A program made the translations under genes and the position numbers. The notes below the pieces were generated by a model. The model saw only the letters and a program-made list of their open reading frames with translations. It was not told where the DNA came from and searched no databases. 64,000 bases of DNA from Eukaryota sp. GEM-RC1 (taxonomy: Eukaryota). The stretch is taken from NCBI GenBank assembly GCA_040285855.1, contig JAUFOQ010000016.1:3100001-3164000 (forward strand), in the 5' to 3' direction. How positions within the stretch are numbered: position 1 is the first letter of the stretch; every line of letters begins with the position of its first letter. Positions 1 through 11,859 of the stretch are shown piece by piece.

Positions 1-463
1 GTAATGATTCCGGATTTACGGGCAGATCTCATTTCAGCGGTGTACATATCAAAAACACCATCATTATGAGTCTTGGCGAATTCAGTGAAGACTTTTTCGG
101 TTTCTTCGTTCATGGTGTATCCATAAGACTTACAGGCAGTAGCAGTAACACGAACACCACCAGCGCACTTCATACTAATGTGAGATAGTTACACAATACA
201 TACGTTCTTTGGAGGGGAGCTTCTCCTTGGAATCCAACGATAGTTTCGAGGTCCTTGTCAATATAACCAGCGCCATGAGAAACAATGGTGGAGGCTCTGA
301 CAGTATCAAGATCTAAAAGACCCTTTTTCAACTCTTCGCTAAGGACAGCGGCAGTTTTGACCATCATGGCCTTAGTTCTTTCAGTGGGACCAGCGAGGAA
401 GGAAGCATCACCATCATAAGGTTTGATGTGATCTTTAACAAAAGTAGCTACGTCAATTGGCAT
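1..463 (-). CDS. pfl: Pyruvate formate-lyase (formate C-acetyltransferase), 5' part; continues past the window start; one intron at 175-203
   Basis: ATG at 463. The translation MPIDVATFVKDHIKPYDGDASFLAGPTERT...GYIDKDLETIVGFQ..APLQRT continues after the 29-nt intron as MKCAGGVRV...KTHNDGVFDMYTAEMRSARKSGIIT, matching the PFL N-terminal region. Confidence 0.93.
175..203 (-). other. 29-nt spliceosomal intron in PFL
   Basis: GTATGTATTGTGTAACTATCTCACATTAG; removal restores the PFL frame. Confidence 0.9.
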
Positions 464-2419
464 GAGAAAATTACTGAAGAGGCAATTCCTCAAACTTGTC
501 AGTTTTCAGGTCAAAAAGTGATCTGTATTATGAGCGTCCACAAATCTATATTTATTTTTCTTATGTAATTGCTGGCGTTGTATACTATAGTAGGGTTCCG
601 GGGTTTCACAAGCACATAAAGAATGGCCATTAAGCACTGAACTCCCAATACATATGAGGAGGACATCACCTGTATGGAGCAAACACACTAAAATAAACAC
701 AAATACTAGAACTCAATATCATTAAAGCAACAATCATTGCCATTAAAACTCACATCAGCTTTTTTCTTCATAAAAAACACTGAGAGCTAATAGAGCTTTG
801 ATTGTTTGGTGAAAAAACCAATACCAATATTGTAGAAATATTGACCTAGTGACTCGTTAACTTATGTTCACACGACTGTATAATTTTTTAGTTGCAAAAT
901 CACTATTCAGTGTCTTCAAAGAATTCGCATAATCAAGAATGCTAGATGACTATCAGAATCAAACTCAAAGAATAACGTATTTGTTTTTTCACAGTACTCC
1001 AGAGTCTTTCCAAAAATTAGTGTCAATCAGACTCGAGTTTATTTTAAGGTTGTTTCATTTTATCTACTGTTTTCATTAAAAATTCATTTCTGTACTTTGA
1101 TTCCACTTTACATTGACTCTATCAACATTAACAGTTTTCTAGTTGGCAAAAGAAGTAAAAGATAATACTTATCTCTACATATTCCCAAAAACCGTGTCAT
1201 CAGTCCGTGTCACTGAAGGAGAAAAAGTGATGCATTTGTGGACAATCAGTGTTCGTGGGTAGACAAAAACAGACTGAGTGACCCCTTGGTAAATGATTTT
1301 TCATTACACATACATGTATTTTTGAATTTTCGTGTGTAGTTTTGTATTTTTTTGTATTTTTAGAACACCTGTTGTTTGTATTTGACAGCTATGCTAAAAT
1401 GTTTTTTTCAGGAATTATTTATTCTAAAAGTAATAGACAACAACACTACAGTGTACATACATCTAATAATCAACAAAATGTGTCATCACAATGTGATTTG
1501 TGATTACCAATTATCAAATAGAAAAGTAAGACCAAAATCTGTCCTTAAGATGCGTTCAACCTGACATGAACAAAAGCATTGGTTGGAAATATTATCATAC
1601 CAGTAGCTGTAACATAAGACAATAATCATTGAACAATTGCAAAGCGCCCGTGACTGATTGGCGTGCTTTTGATTTTGACATCTCCCAAAACGTCTGTGCT
1701 CGTCAGATGTTGTGCTCATTAATATAAACTTACAGTCTAGGTGGTTCAATCAAAATCTGAAAATTACAGAATCTCTCAAATGTAATGAACGCGGTAGTAG
1801 AGATCAATTTGTCCGAATATTTTGAATCCGATGAAGTTCAGGTAGAGTTTGAGCGGAACTTTTCCAAACTGGAACTAAGACTGATTTTGTCTAGACCCAA
1901 GTAATTGTTCAATTACAATCCACAACACTGGATTTCTTTTCGTCATCATCGTCTAGTCAAAATTTCGTCCTGTCCAAAGATATAGACACTGTAGCACCTA
2001 TTGCAACTCTAACTGTAATATCTAACGATTAAAAGAATGCAAATACTAGTGTGTTGGAGATCTTTAGTTAGTAAGTATCACTGAACTACTTATGTTGATA
2101 GTTCCCTAGTCAGTCTTGTTACAGTCTTTTATTGTTTTAGCACATAAACTCGTTTTATTACTTGAACTGGTGATCTGTGTCATAACAACCAAGTTATTGG
2201 AAAAAGTGGTGTGGAGCCAACTATGTGAAAAAGTGAATTAAGATGTACGTTGAGTTGTATTTCACCCAGAGTAAATTAATATTCAGAATTAATAAGATCC
2301 AGACTATTCTTCCCACACAGTTATTCGTCTGAAACACAAATCGTTGTAGAGATATTATTATCTCCTTTGTAAATATTGATGATATTCATTATTTGTAATT
2401 GTACATAGAGCATTATAGT

Positions 2420-2915
2420 GGCAATAACGTGTTTGATTCTCGGAGTGGTGATTTAATTGCTCCATTTCTGGATTCTTCTCAAGTCGTGGTTGATTTTACT
2501 TCAGTTGGATCCGTTTGCAAAAGTCTACAAAGACTCCATTTTGAATGATTCTTATGGCCAATTGGAAAAGGCCGAACATCTCAAGTGTTCTACTTATGCA
2601 GACGCTTTGAAAAAGCTTAACGAAAATGTATATTCTAAGTTGTCATTTCTTCAATTTGCATTTTCAATTTTTGGTAATAATGGTACACCAGGTTTGAAAT
2701 TGTTCAGTGATTTTAGTATTTCATGTCGTTCTAATGGCAAGGTTTTTGATGGTTCTGTATGGATTATTCGAATTATATCTAGATTTTATAGATGCATTCC
2801 CATGTATTGAAGTTCTATATTCCAAGTTGTATAGGGATAATTCTCGTATTGATATGGATAATTTAACTTCTTACATTTTCTGAATGTAAATGTATTAATT
2901 TATTGTTGCAAATCA
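2420..2915 (+). mobile_element. Degenerate 3' end of an RLE-type (CRE/NeSL-like) non-LTR retrotransposon, family A
   Basis: Across one frameshift it reads RSGDLIAPFLDSSQVVVDFTSV/DPF...LEKAEHLKCSTY...FLQFAFSIFGNNG, the restriction-like endonuclease tail pattern (R-x-D...D-x-T-x-x-x-P...K..Y...F.PF...G.LG). It is homologous to 40695-41050 including the 3' UTR. Boundaries are approximate. Confidence 0.7.
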
Positions 2916-3141
2916 AATTCTTAGAATTGTAAATAATAGACGTTTTTTCAGGTGTCTGAAGGAGATTATTTATTATTAACATGTGAAATGACCTTCATAA
3001 TTTGTTTGATTCTAATGGGTGGAATGAGTGTACCAATGTAGTACTTGGAGGATTTGAACAAGATATGCCAGCCAGAGTAGCTAGATGCAGTAAAATATAA
3101 TCTTATCACTGATTTTCTTGACATTATACAGCAATTGACTG

Positions 3142-3879
3142 ATGTCTGAAGTCTATCCCTTTCCTAATGGAGCCAAAACTGCCTTTACAACGCTACTGCA
3201 TAACAAACTTCTGCCCTTACCAGAGTTCAAAGCCCTTCTTGGCCCAAGTAACTTGGATTACACGGATACCATATCTCTCATGAATAAACACTTTCATTCC
3301 CTCCAAATGTCTGTTCGTGTTGCTGATGTCACCTGTCCATATACTGAACGAAAGTTCATTACGTACGTGTCTCCCACTGGTAAAACCTACAAGAGCTTTG
3401 GATATAAACCTGAACAAGTCGCCTATTTCGAAGTTCTTCTATCTCATTTTCTAAACTCTAATGATCTGGACCCTTCGCGACTAGCTTTTTGGATGGACTT
3501 AGTTAACCTAAGAACCAACGTGGAGAAGTTCTCAATTGATCACAAATCTGCTGAGACATTTCTCAAAGACTTTATCAAGAAATACTTCCTCTACGAGTTG
3601 AGAACTGATGGCGATGACGTTAAACTTGGACTAGGTCTACGTTCTCTTGCTCAGTTTCAACAGGAGATCTTTGATCGTTCTGATGTTTGTTTAATCTGCC
3701 AAGAGAGTTTATTCCTGGGTATCTCCTGTGAACAATGCTCAGCTGTTCTTCATAAGTCTTGTTTCAAACAATTTCTTGAGCAATTGCGTCACCTTGATTT
3801 CAAATGTCCTCAATGTAGAGGGCAGTTTTTGTCTCCTGATGCATTGTCAGCTACTCTGAATTCTCTTGGAGTTCAGTGA
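3142..3879 (+). CDS. NSE1: NSE1-like subunit of the SMC5/6 complex
   Basis: 245 aa, with LGLRSLAQF followed by a C-terminal RING-like domain CLICQE...CEQCSAVLHKSC...CPQC. Confidence 0.8.
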   Translation: MSEVYPFPNGAKTAFTTLLHNKLLPLPEFKALLGPSNLDYTDTISLMNKHFHSLQMSVRVADVTCPYTERKFITYVSPTGKTYKSFGYKPEQVAYFEVLLSHFLNSNDLDPSRLAFWMDLVNLRTNVEKFSIDHKSAETFLKDFIKKYFLYELRTDGDDVKLGLGLRSLAQFQQEIFDRSDVCLICQESLFLGISCEQCSAVLHKSCFKQFLEQLRHLDFKCPQCRGQFLSPDALSATLNSLGVQ

Positions 3880-4344
3880 GCTCTATTGATTTGAAATATT
3901 TAAAATTGAGTTATTTATCTTATGTTTTCGTGAAACTTTCTTTGTTACTGTTCTTTTCTTTTATCTTCATGTGTCTGTTAATTTCTTTTTTAAAAATGAG
4001 GATTTTTGCTTAAATATTTAAATTCGAACTTATTGGGAAAACAGTGATCTCCATTGATGTTAAATAATCGGTGATGTGTTTCATGAATAAATATTATACA
4101 TTCTTTAAGACCGATCACAATTAATATATTAAAATTTTCCATTTAATATAAGTGTAATTTTGATACATTTGTACTCATTGCAACGCATTAATCAATTCAT
4201 TTTCCATCTTTAAGACATTGTTTAGGTATTGTGATTCAATTTTGAACAGTCTCTTTGCATTGAGACATGAATATGAGACGATGAAGAAGTATTGGTATCT
4301 CATTTGTTTACTGTAGATATTGCATTTGAGTTTTTACTAACACT

Positions 4345-4585
4345 TAATTTATTCTAAATGTAATAGATCAAAAAACTAAAATTTGATATCATTAAAACAA
4401 AACCCGTCGCTATCAAACCTTACAACAGCTTTGTCCTCATAAAAGAAACTCACTGCTAATAAAGCTTTGGAGATGATTAGGAGAATTGTTTTAAAAACAG
4501 TAAAAACGATACAATTCATCCTTAACATATGATCAAAACGTTTGTTCATTCTATTATTGTGTCTTTTAGTTAGTATTTTTGCAAA
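4345..4585 (-). mobile_element. Truncated 3' end of an RLE-type non-LTR element, family B
   Basis: Closely similar to 37985-38200 (NRMNKRFDHML..N.IVFTVFKT..LIISKALLAVS.FYEDKAVVRFDSDG.CFNDIKF* plus 3' UTR). Boundaries are approximate. Confidence 0.65.
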
Positions 4586-5061
4586 AGAAATCATATCACT
4601 GATTGATCATAAACCCCGTCTTTTATACTATAATGTGTAAGTTGCTATTTACTTATGATTCACTTGACTGCCATTCTTCAAAGGACTCAATGAGGGATGT
4701 TTCAAGAGACAGACTTTTCATATGATCTCAATGCAAAAGAAATGTTGAACGATCACTTTAACAATTAGAATTACACAATCAGTGAATGTCTGTTTTAAAA
4801 AATGTTAATGTTTTCAGAATAGTTAATCAAGTTAAATTACGTCATCAACAATAATTGATCTGAAAATAAGCATAAAGTGAAAGTTCAAAAGGATGACGTG
4901 GACACAAGACCGCGAAATACAAACAATATACTATTCTCTCTAGTTGGCAAACAACTAGTCAACAATTAACTAGAAATCTTGTTTAAATCTCGAGTCCAAG
5001 TATCTAAAGATCATCACTAATAAGCTCAACTCAAGTAATCAACTTTTTAAATATTGCGAAC

Positions 5062-5910
5062 CTACTCCAACGTCGACAAAAAATTTGAAAATTTGTCTTG
5101 ATCAGTGAAATCCGCCTCAACCTCAACACTCTCCACACAAACCTTCTTAACTTCCGGCTCCTTCTGAGTCACTGCCCTCCTCTTCTTATCTCTAAACATA
5201 TCATCCCGTTGACTCCACTTGACCACCAGGACTTCTTCATGATTCAAGGACTGACCATGCATGGCTTCTTTGGCAAACTCTGCGTTGCCTCTGTGATTGA
5301 ACTCAATATAGGAAACACAACGTTCGGGATCGACCCTCATGTCGAAAATCTCTCCCCACTCAGAAAAATGATCACGTATATCGAGATCAATCGATGGATT
5401 CATTCCAAAATTGGAAACTTGCAGAGTTTTGCACTCCCTATTAAAAGACCCAACTCCTTGATAGTCGTCACGGTCAGAAGAGAACTTAGTACGGCCAAAA
5501 ACATCACGTGATGCATCTAGTACGTGTGAGTCGACAGGTAGAGGGAGACGATGTTTGAACTGACAGGAAGAACCTCGAGCACAGCATCCTCTGGCAAAGT
5601 AGAGGCAGAAAGGAACTTTGCCGGGAGTTTCATCAGCTTTTGTTGTTCCTTCGTCTTTGTCAATGATACAGCGGTACTGTGCTTTAGCAACTTCGTCTAT
5701 TTGTTTCTTGAAGGAATCAAAACCACCACCAGACCATCTATGATACCAGATATTGTAAGCATATCCTTCCTCCACTGCTTTTGATGTCTGAGGAACAGCT
5801 TGAATTTGTCTACGCGCAGGAGTAGACTTTCGAGTCTCAGAGAGAGAAACTATAGTAGAGTCTTGCATGGGTTTTTGTGTAAGAGATTCAAAGTATTCAA
5901 GAGCATTCAT
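5062..5910 (-). CDS. CWC2: Pre-mRNA splicing factor Cwc2 (torus/CCCH zinc finger + RRM)
   Basis: PARRQ, YNIWYHRWSGG, RC...D.G.TKAD, FCLYFARGCCARGSSCQFKHRLP, DVFGR..F...RDD..GVGSF, and an RRM with AEFAKEAMHGQSL. First ATG at 5910. Confidence 0.92.
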   Translation of the reverse strand: MNALEYFESLTQKPMQDSTIVSLSETRKSTPARRQIQAVPQTSKAVEEGYAYNIWYHRWSGGGFDSFKKQIDEVAKAQYRCIIDKDEGTTKADETPGKVPFCLYFARGCCARGSSCQFKHRLPLPVDSHVLDASRDVFGRTKFSSDRDDYQGVGSFNRECKTLQVSNFGMNPSIDLDIRDHFSEWGEIFDMRVDPERCVSYIEFNHRGNAEFAKEAMHGQSLNHEEVLVVKWSQRDDMFRDKKRRAVTQKEPEVKKVCVESVEVEADFTDQDKFSNFLSTLE

Positions 5911-5994
5911 AAAAGTGATCAAGTAGAAACAAGACTAGACAGTTGGAGAGAAACAAAGAGGATTGCCTTCTTCTGTTCTAGTTGTGGTAGATAT

Positions 5995-6918
5995 ATGTCA
6001 ATTCCAATACCATCCACATGCAAACAGGCTTTTCCACGTCTTTTCTACAACAACCTCTCCAATGTTGAAGATGTACTCTCTCGAAATTCCGTAGAACTTG
6101 TTTTTCTGTTGGAAACCAATCTCTCATCAATAAAGAAACTCAAGAAAGAATGCGCCTCAGCACTGTTATCCCGTTCTTCTTTTGTAGCATCATCCTTGCC
6201 TACCTTCAATCATTTCTCCTTTGGCTGTAATTTCCTCAATTCTTACGTCAACAACGTCTTTTATCCTGGATCTCTCTTTGAAATTTGTGGTAAGGCTGGG
6301 TCTGGTAAAACCCAGCTCTGCTACCAACTTCTTGTTTCAAATTTACATCCTTCAGATTCCCATTCAATCTACATTAAAACCGAGGGCGACTTCTCTGCTG
6401 ATAGAATTAACCATCTTGCTACCTCTAAAGGTGTTGCAAATGATATTGACAGAATCCTTCTACAAGAGTGTGGATCTTTGGAAGATCTTGAGCAATCCGT
6501 CTATGAATCAATTCCATTATTTCTAGAAACTGGTTCTATTAGTGTCTTGATCATTGATTCCATAGCTGGAGTCTGTAGAGGTTCAACTATTACCAACAGA
6601 TCCACTCGACTTTCTCAACTAACTCTTGCTCTGAAAAGGCTATCATTCCGGCATTTAATTCCTATATTTATTGTGAATCAAGTAACTGATGTTACTGTTG
6701 GTTCTGATTCTGTTACTATACCATTCATGGGAATGTCATGGAGCTACCAAATAAACCATAGGTTAATGATACATCGTGACCATGAAGTTGTACTGCATAG
6801 AAATCTCACAGGATCTGCATCTAGTAATGCAAGAAAGGCCATTCTGGACTCCAATGGATTATCATTAGAGTTCAATCTTCATGTTGGTGACACTGGAGTC
6901 ACTGGTACACTACAATAG
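5995..6918 (+). CDS. RAD51 paralog, XRCC3-like
   Basis: Walker A EICGKAGSGKTQLCYQL, YIKTEGDF, Walker B VLIIDSIA, IVNQVTD, P.MG.SW. First ATG at 5995. Confidence 0.8.
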   Translation: MSIPIPSTCKQAFPRLFYNNLSNVEDVLSRNSVELVFLLETNLSSIKKLKKECASALLSRSSFVASSLPTFNHFSFGCNFLNSYVNNVFYPGSLFEICGKAGSGKTQLCYQLLVSNLHPSDSHSIYIKTEGDFSADRINHLATSKGVANDIDRILLQECGSLEDLEQSVYESIPLFLETGSISVLIIDSIAGVCRGSTITNRSTRLSQLTLALKRLSFRHLIPIFIVNQVTDVTVGSDSVTIPFMGMSWSYQINHRLMIHRDHEVVLHRNLTGSASSNARKAILDSNGLSLEFNLHVGDTGVTGTLQ

Positions 6919-7611
6919 CTTCAACTTTCTCAAGTATTCTCTGCTAAGGAAATCTGCTCGTCTGATTGGCTCAGGCACTCTGTACTTAGAACAAGTGGTA
7001 ACGATTTCAGTTGCCTTTTCCAAGTCAATCTTATGTCCAATTGATACATAGATAGGTTGCTTTGCTTGTAATGATGACTTGAGACAACTTCCCAGAACAT
7101 CACCATTTTCAGCATGTAGAAGGAAATAATCTCCTGGTGCTTCAAGATCTGATTCTGCTCTTTTCTTGACACTGTCAGCTTCTAAACCTTCAATGCAAAG
7201 CAGAGATTTCGAGACTCCTATAGTGGAAATTCCAAGAATTACTCCAATGTGAGATGCACTTCCACATCTTCGAGGGTGGTGGATTCCACAACCATCAACT
7301 AAACAAACAAGATTGGGAAATGATTGGTCAGACGAAAGATATCGTTCGAAAAGAGTCTTCATTATAGGGGCCTCTCGAAATCCAAGAAACCCAGATTGGT
7401 AAGGTACATTTATGGCTTCTGATATAGTATCATCATAAACTGGTATCATTTCAGGGTAAGAATAAATGCAAAAAGCTGCACATGCGAAATCGGTGTCCGA
7501 AGTACTAAAAGAGACATCAAAAGCACCTATAAAATTGACTTCGAAGTCTACATCACACTGAGCTTGTACCTGAAGAGCAAGTTGGGTCTGTTGAAAAGAA
7601 AAGTCGTTCAT
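6910..7611 (-). CDS. ENDOV: Endonuclease V
   Basis: GAFDVSF, PYQSGFLGFREAP, LVDGCGIHHPRRCGSASHIG, IGVSK, PIYVSIGH, YRVPEPIRRAD. Confidence 0.95.
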   Translation of the reverse strand: MNDFSFQQTQLALQVQAQCDVDFEVNFIGAFDVSFSTSDTDFACAAFCIYSYPEMIPVYDDTISEAINVPYQSGFLGFREAPIMKTLFERYLSSDQSFPNLVCLVDGCGIHHPRRCGSASHIGVILGISTIGVSKSLLCIEGLEADSVKKRAESDLEAPGDYFLLHAENGDVLGSCLKSSLQAKQPIYVSIGHKIDLEKATEIVTTCSKYRVPEPIRRADFLSREYLRKLKLL

Positions 7612-7689
7612 GTTATAACTTACTAGTATAAACAGTTTGTTAGGTTAACTTCGAAAATTACACCTCCTGTCTAGGTTGTTGTATGCAAA

Positions 7690-8969
7690 ATGTCTTTCTT
7701 CGACTATGAGCACTCCAACAAGTCTTCTACTCCGTGGAAAACACAAGTTCCCTCGGATATGAGACTCAGAGTTTCTCCATACACCTCCTCTCAACCAAAA
7801 TGGGACTCTGTAAAAGAAGTTGTTCTTGTAACTTCTTCTACAGCAGAATGTCCCATCTGCCTCGACACATTCTTAGCTCCTCAAGTTGCTCCCTGCTGTC
7901 ATGCCTATTGCTTACCATGTCTACTACAGCTTTTCTTTCCCTCACCAGAGGCATTTGACTCCTATGACGCCTTCTCCACCAACTGTCCTGTTTGTAAGAA
8001 ACTCTTTTCAATTCCTGACACCAGACCCCTCCATGTCGTTTACCCTTCTCAAACAGTCCTCGCTCAAGGTCAGCCCCACTCCTTTGTTCTATGTGCTAAG
8101 TCCAAGGCTGACTCTGCTCCTTTCCTGCCAGTTCCTGATGCTCCTGATGATCTAACTGACTATCTTTACGACAGAGTTTCTCCATTCTACAACCCTGGAG
8201 ACGTCATCACACGTCATCACTCTGAGATTGATCTCTTCTATGCTCTCAGAGGTGATCCAATCATTCTCCCTTTCATTTCCTTTGCTCACTTCCTCGTCGA
8301 TTTACTCGAAGCTGAATGGTACGAGCAAGATCTCTACAATTCCAAACCTCCGCCACGACCCTCTAGAACTTCTGATCTTTTCTACTCTTATGTGGATATC
8401 AATGGTACTTACTCCTTTATTCATCCTCTCTTTATCCACTGCTTGGCTGCTTCTGATGGTGGTTATTCACTGTTGCCTGCTGTTTTAGAAGCAACTGTTA
8501 AGAATTTGTCTTGGTGTGATACGTATTCTAGTGGATATAAGCAGTTTGAAAGCATTTGTGGTAATAACTGTTCGTTCAGCTTGATTGAGATTGATCTTGA
8601 ACAATTCGTGAGTGAAGAAGTGTTCCGAGGAGTTAAGCCCAAACTACTCAAATTAGAGCAAGAAAGGAAAAGGAGGGAGGAGAGAGAAACCAGACTTGAA
8701 GAGGAAATGAAGAGGAAGGTTCAGATTCAAGAATCTAAGAGAAAGAAAGAGTTGTTTCAGTTCACTGGGGTGATTGAGAATATCTCGAATCCTTCTACTA
8801 AGAGGAAACCAAGATTTTCAGGAATAGCACCTGCACCAGTTGAAGTTCAAGTAAAAGGTCGGTGGAACAGCCTTCATTTGCTGAGATTTTGTCTAGGAAA
8901 TCTGAGCCGGAAGTTGTGAAATTTCCAAAAAAGGGGAAGAAATCTAAAATTTTTGTCAGAATTCAGTGA
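7690..8969 (+). CDS. RNF10/Mag2-like RING finger protein; probable 1-nt frame break at 8853-8856
   Basis: C3HC4 RING (CPICL...CCHAYCLPCL...CPVC), FIHPL and a charged coiled coil. Adding one A in GTAAAAGG gives the RNF10-like end SFAEILSRK...KKGKKSKIFVRIQ* at 8969. Confidence 0.75.
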
Positions 8970-9361
8970 TTAATTGGTTATTAACTACTCTTTTGAAGAG
9001 ATTTCCACAGACTTAGATTCTGTTCGATTCTCTTTAGTGATCAATTACTACTCAATTACTTTGAAATTGATGTTGAGTTTGTTGACTTGGATTTTGAACT
9101 TTCTTATCTGGAAACTTCACTATAGACTTGATGTTGATGTTTTTTTGATTGATTTGTTGAGTTGATTTCTACTTCTGTTTTGAACTGTTGATGTTCAATA
9201 AACTTTGGCTGATACAATTTGGATTGTCTCTAAGTGAAGAACTTCATCTTCTCAATCAAATCAACGTGATGATTGATCAAAGAAATTAAAAAACCCATAA
9301 TATTTACAAATCTTTTAAAAAATAAACAGAATGACAATAAACCTACATTCATAGAAATCAC

Positions 9362-11805
9362 TCACCCAGTTAAACTCATATAAACTTCCTCTAACGAAGA
9401 ATGTCCCACAGAAAAATCCTTGATAAGTCCATCATTAGACATATCTCTAATTAACTTAAATAAAAGAGAAAAAGAAGTAGACTCTAAAGGAACTACATAG
9501 GTTACAAACTCAGCCAATTCAAAACTATGCAAGGCCTCGGGAATAGCTTCAATAACACGTTCTTTTACTTTGGATACGTGACCAGAGTTACAAGTAATAG
9601 AAACTTTGTAACCAGACCCATACTTAGCCTTCAATTGAAGAGGAGATCCGACTGAAGTCACCATTCCTTTATTGAGAATGACGACCTTGTCTGCCAATGC
9701 TTCGATCTCTTCAAAAGAATGTGACGTCAACATGATTGTCTTGCCCTCTTTGTTACTTTTGATTGTTTTCCAGATTTCATTGGCATTGGCAACGTCAACA
9801 CCAGTAGCTATAGTAAGAATCAAGAAAAGAATAACACACTTGGTTCATCTAGAAATACCATCGAGTTGCGACCTAACAAGGAAATAGCTAAGGACAATCT
9901 TCTTCTCATACCGCCACTGAATTTGCCGGCATCTCGATCAGCAAAAGCAGTGAGATTGACAGATTCCAAGGCATTATCAACAATACCAGAAACACTTTCC
10001 TTTGGATATCCCTTTAAATTAGCAAAGAAGATCAAATGATCTCTTGCACTAAGCCTCTGGTACAAGGCGTCTGCTTGAGGACAAACTCCAAGAAACTTAT
10101 AAATCTCAGACATATCAGTTCGAATGTTCTTACCACACACATAAGCATCTCCTTTGGAAGGTTGGAACAAACCACTTAGAGTGGAGATAGTGGTGGTCTT
10201 GCCTGAACCGTTACTACCGATTAAAGCAAGGATCTGGCCTTTCTTAGCAGTGAAACTAATGCCTTTAACAGCTGGAACATCTGATCCCTTGTACACGTGA
10301 TGGAGGTCAATCACACGTAAGGAAGCTGAGGCGTCCGTGTGAGCTGCTTTTGATTCAATCAAAACGTCATCATTGCCTGCATCTTCAGACGTTCCATCAT
10401 CCACAAAAGTCTCATCAGATGATTTCTTATAAAAGGAAGGTGATAAAAAGAAGAGCCAATCATGATGACGTCCGAACTTTTGACTCAACGTGACCTCGAA
10501 ATAGAAGGTCAGAATCACGACAACGACAGTAGAGATCAGGATTTTACCCATCAAGACTGGGAAAAGTAAATCACTGTTAAACATATCCCAGTTATTCAAC
10601 GAATCAACTTCATCAGACCCAAAGTAGGCAAATAAATTAAATATTTTAACCAGGGCAACTGATGGAAACCAAGTTAACCAATGATCATCACTAGGATTAG
10701 GATTAATCATCATCAACGTGTCGACAGCTGTATCAGAGATAAGAATAACATAAAGAAACATTGCAAAGGTTGTCCACTTAGATCTTGAAAACAAGGTTGC
10801 AAACAGCTGGACCTTGGCCATTACAGTAAAGGAGAAAACAATGATTATCGTTAACCAGCACATTGCTGGAGTATTAACAAAGAAGGAAATGTTAAAAATA
10901 AAAGCAAATACCAACAAAATAACACACATGCAAAAGTAAACAATTAAATTGAACAAGAACGAAGCAGTGTGGTAAACCGACTTCTTGAGACCCATTTGAA
11001 CACAAACATCTAACAAACCGGATTCTTTCTCAGCAACCAATGGAGTGACAAGAACTCCCAAAGCTAAGTGGAAGGAAACGGAAGCTACGAAAGGAGCCAT
11101 GAGCCCTTCCATGTCGACAATGATATCACGACCCTCATGCACGATTCCTCTCCAACCAGTCACAATGGTGAGAGACTTGCCTAGGTAAGCAAGAAAGGCA
11201 GTGATGAGGGAATTGAGTGTAGCTTGACGGCTGACGGTGGTCAAAAGAGTGGTGTTGACATGATCAAACATGACAGTGACATCAAGGACAGGTTTGGATC
11301 CTGTAGAGAGGTCGTTGAAATGAAGAGCAACTGTGGGAGGGAAGTCTCCGGTAGTGTCCCAATTACCCATTACGAATTCCTCAATGTCATCAACGTGTTT
11401 AAAGGTTGGGAATTGGTGGTCGTTGAAGGGAATTGAAGGGACGTGGGTGAGGAAATCTTCGACAGAATCAGTAGAAGAGGATACGGGGATAGAGAGGGGG
11501 GATTCACGAGGAGTTCCATCATGGTTCAACATGGACATCATAGTCAAATCAAAGTAGACTGTAACGGGATTTGGGTCTGCAGGGATATAGATATTACCAA
11601 AATCTTCAGGTAAGTGAGGAGCAAGCAAATTCAACAATAGTGTCAACAGGAGGAGACATAGAGGGGTTAGGATGGCACATAAATTCAAACAAGTAGCCTT
11701 GCGTTGAAGTATCAAGTTCTTACGCCAAAGGCTGGAAAACTGCTGTCCAAAAGTAACAGAACCAATCAATTGATCTTCAACCGATGACAGATGTTGTAGT
11801 TCCAT
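9362..11805 (-). CDS. Half-size ABCA-family transporter (TMD-NBD); intron at 9808-9839
   Basis: LWRKNL..Q, EKESG, GSNGSGKTT, GVCPQ, FSGGMRRRLS; splicing restores LDEPTTGVD, then LTSHSFEE and SLEEVY. ATG at 11805. Confidence 0.9.
9808..9839 (-). other. 32-nt spliceosomal intron
   Basis: GTGTGTTATTCTTTTCTTGATTCTTACTATAG; removal gives DEPTTG. Confidence 0.9.
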
Positions 11806-11859
11806 TTGATCGAAAGTTGAGTTCAAGTTCGAGTTTTGTCTCTTACAAGATTGTTCTTG

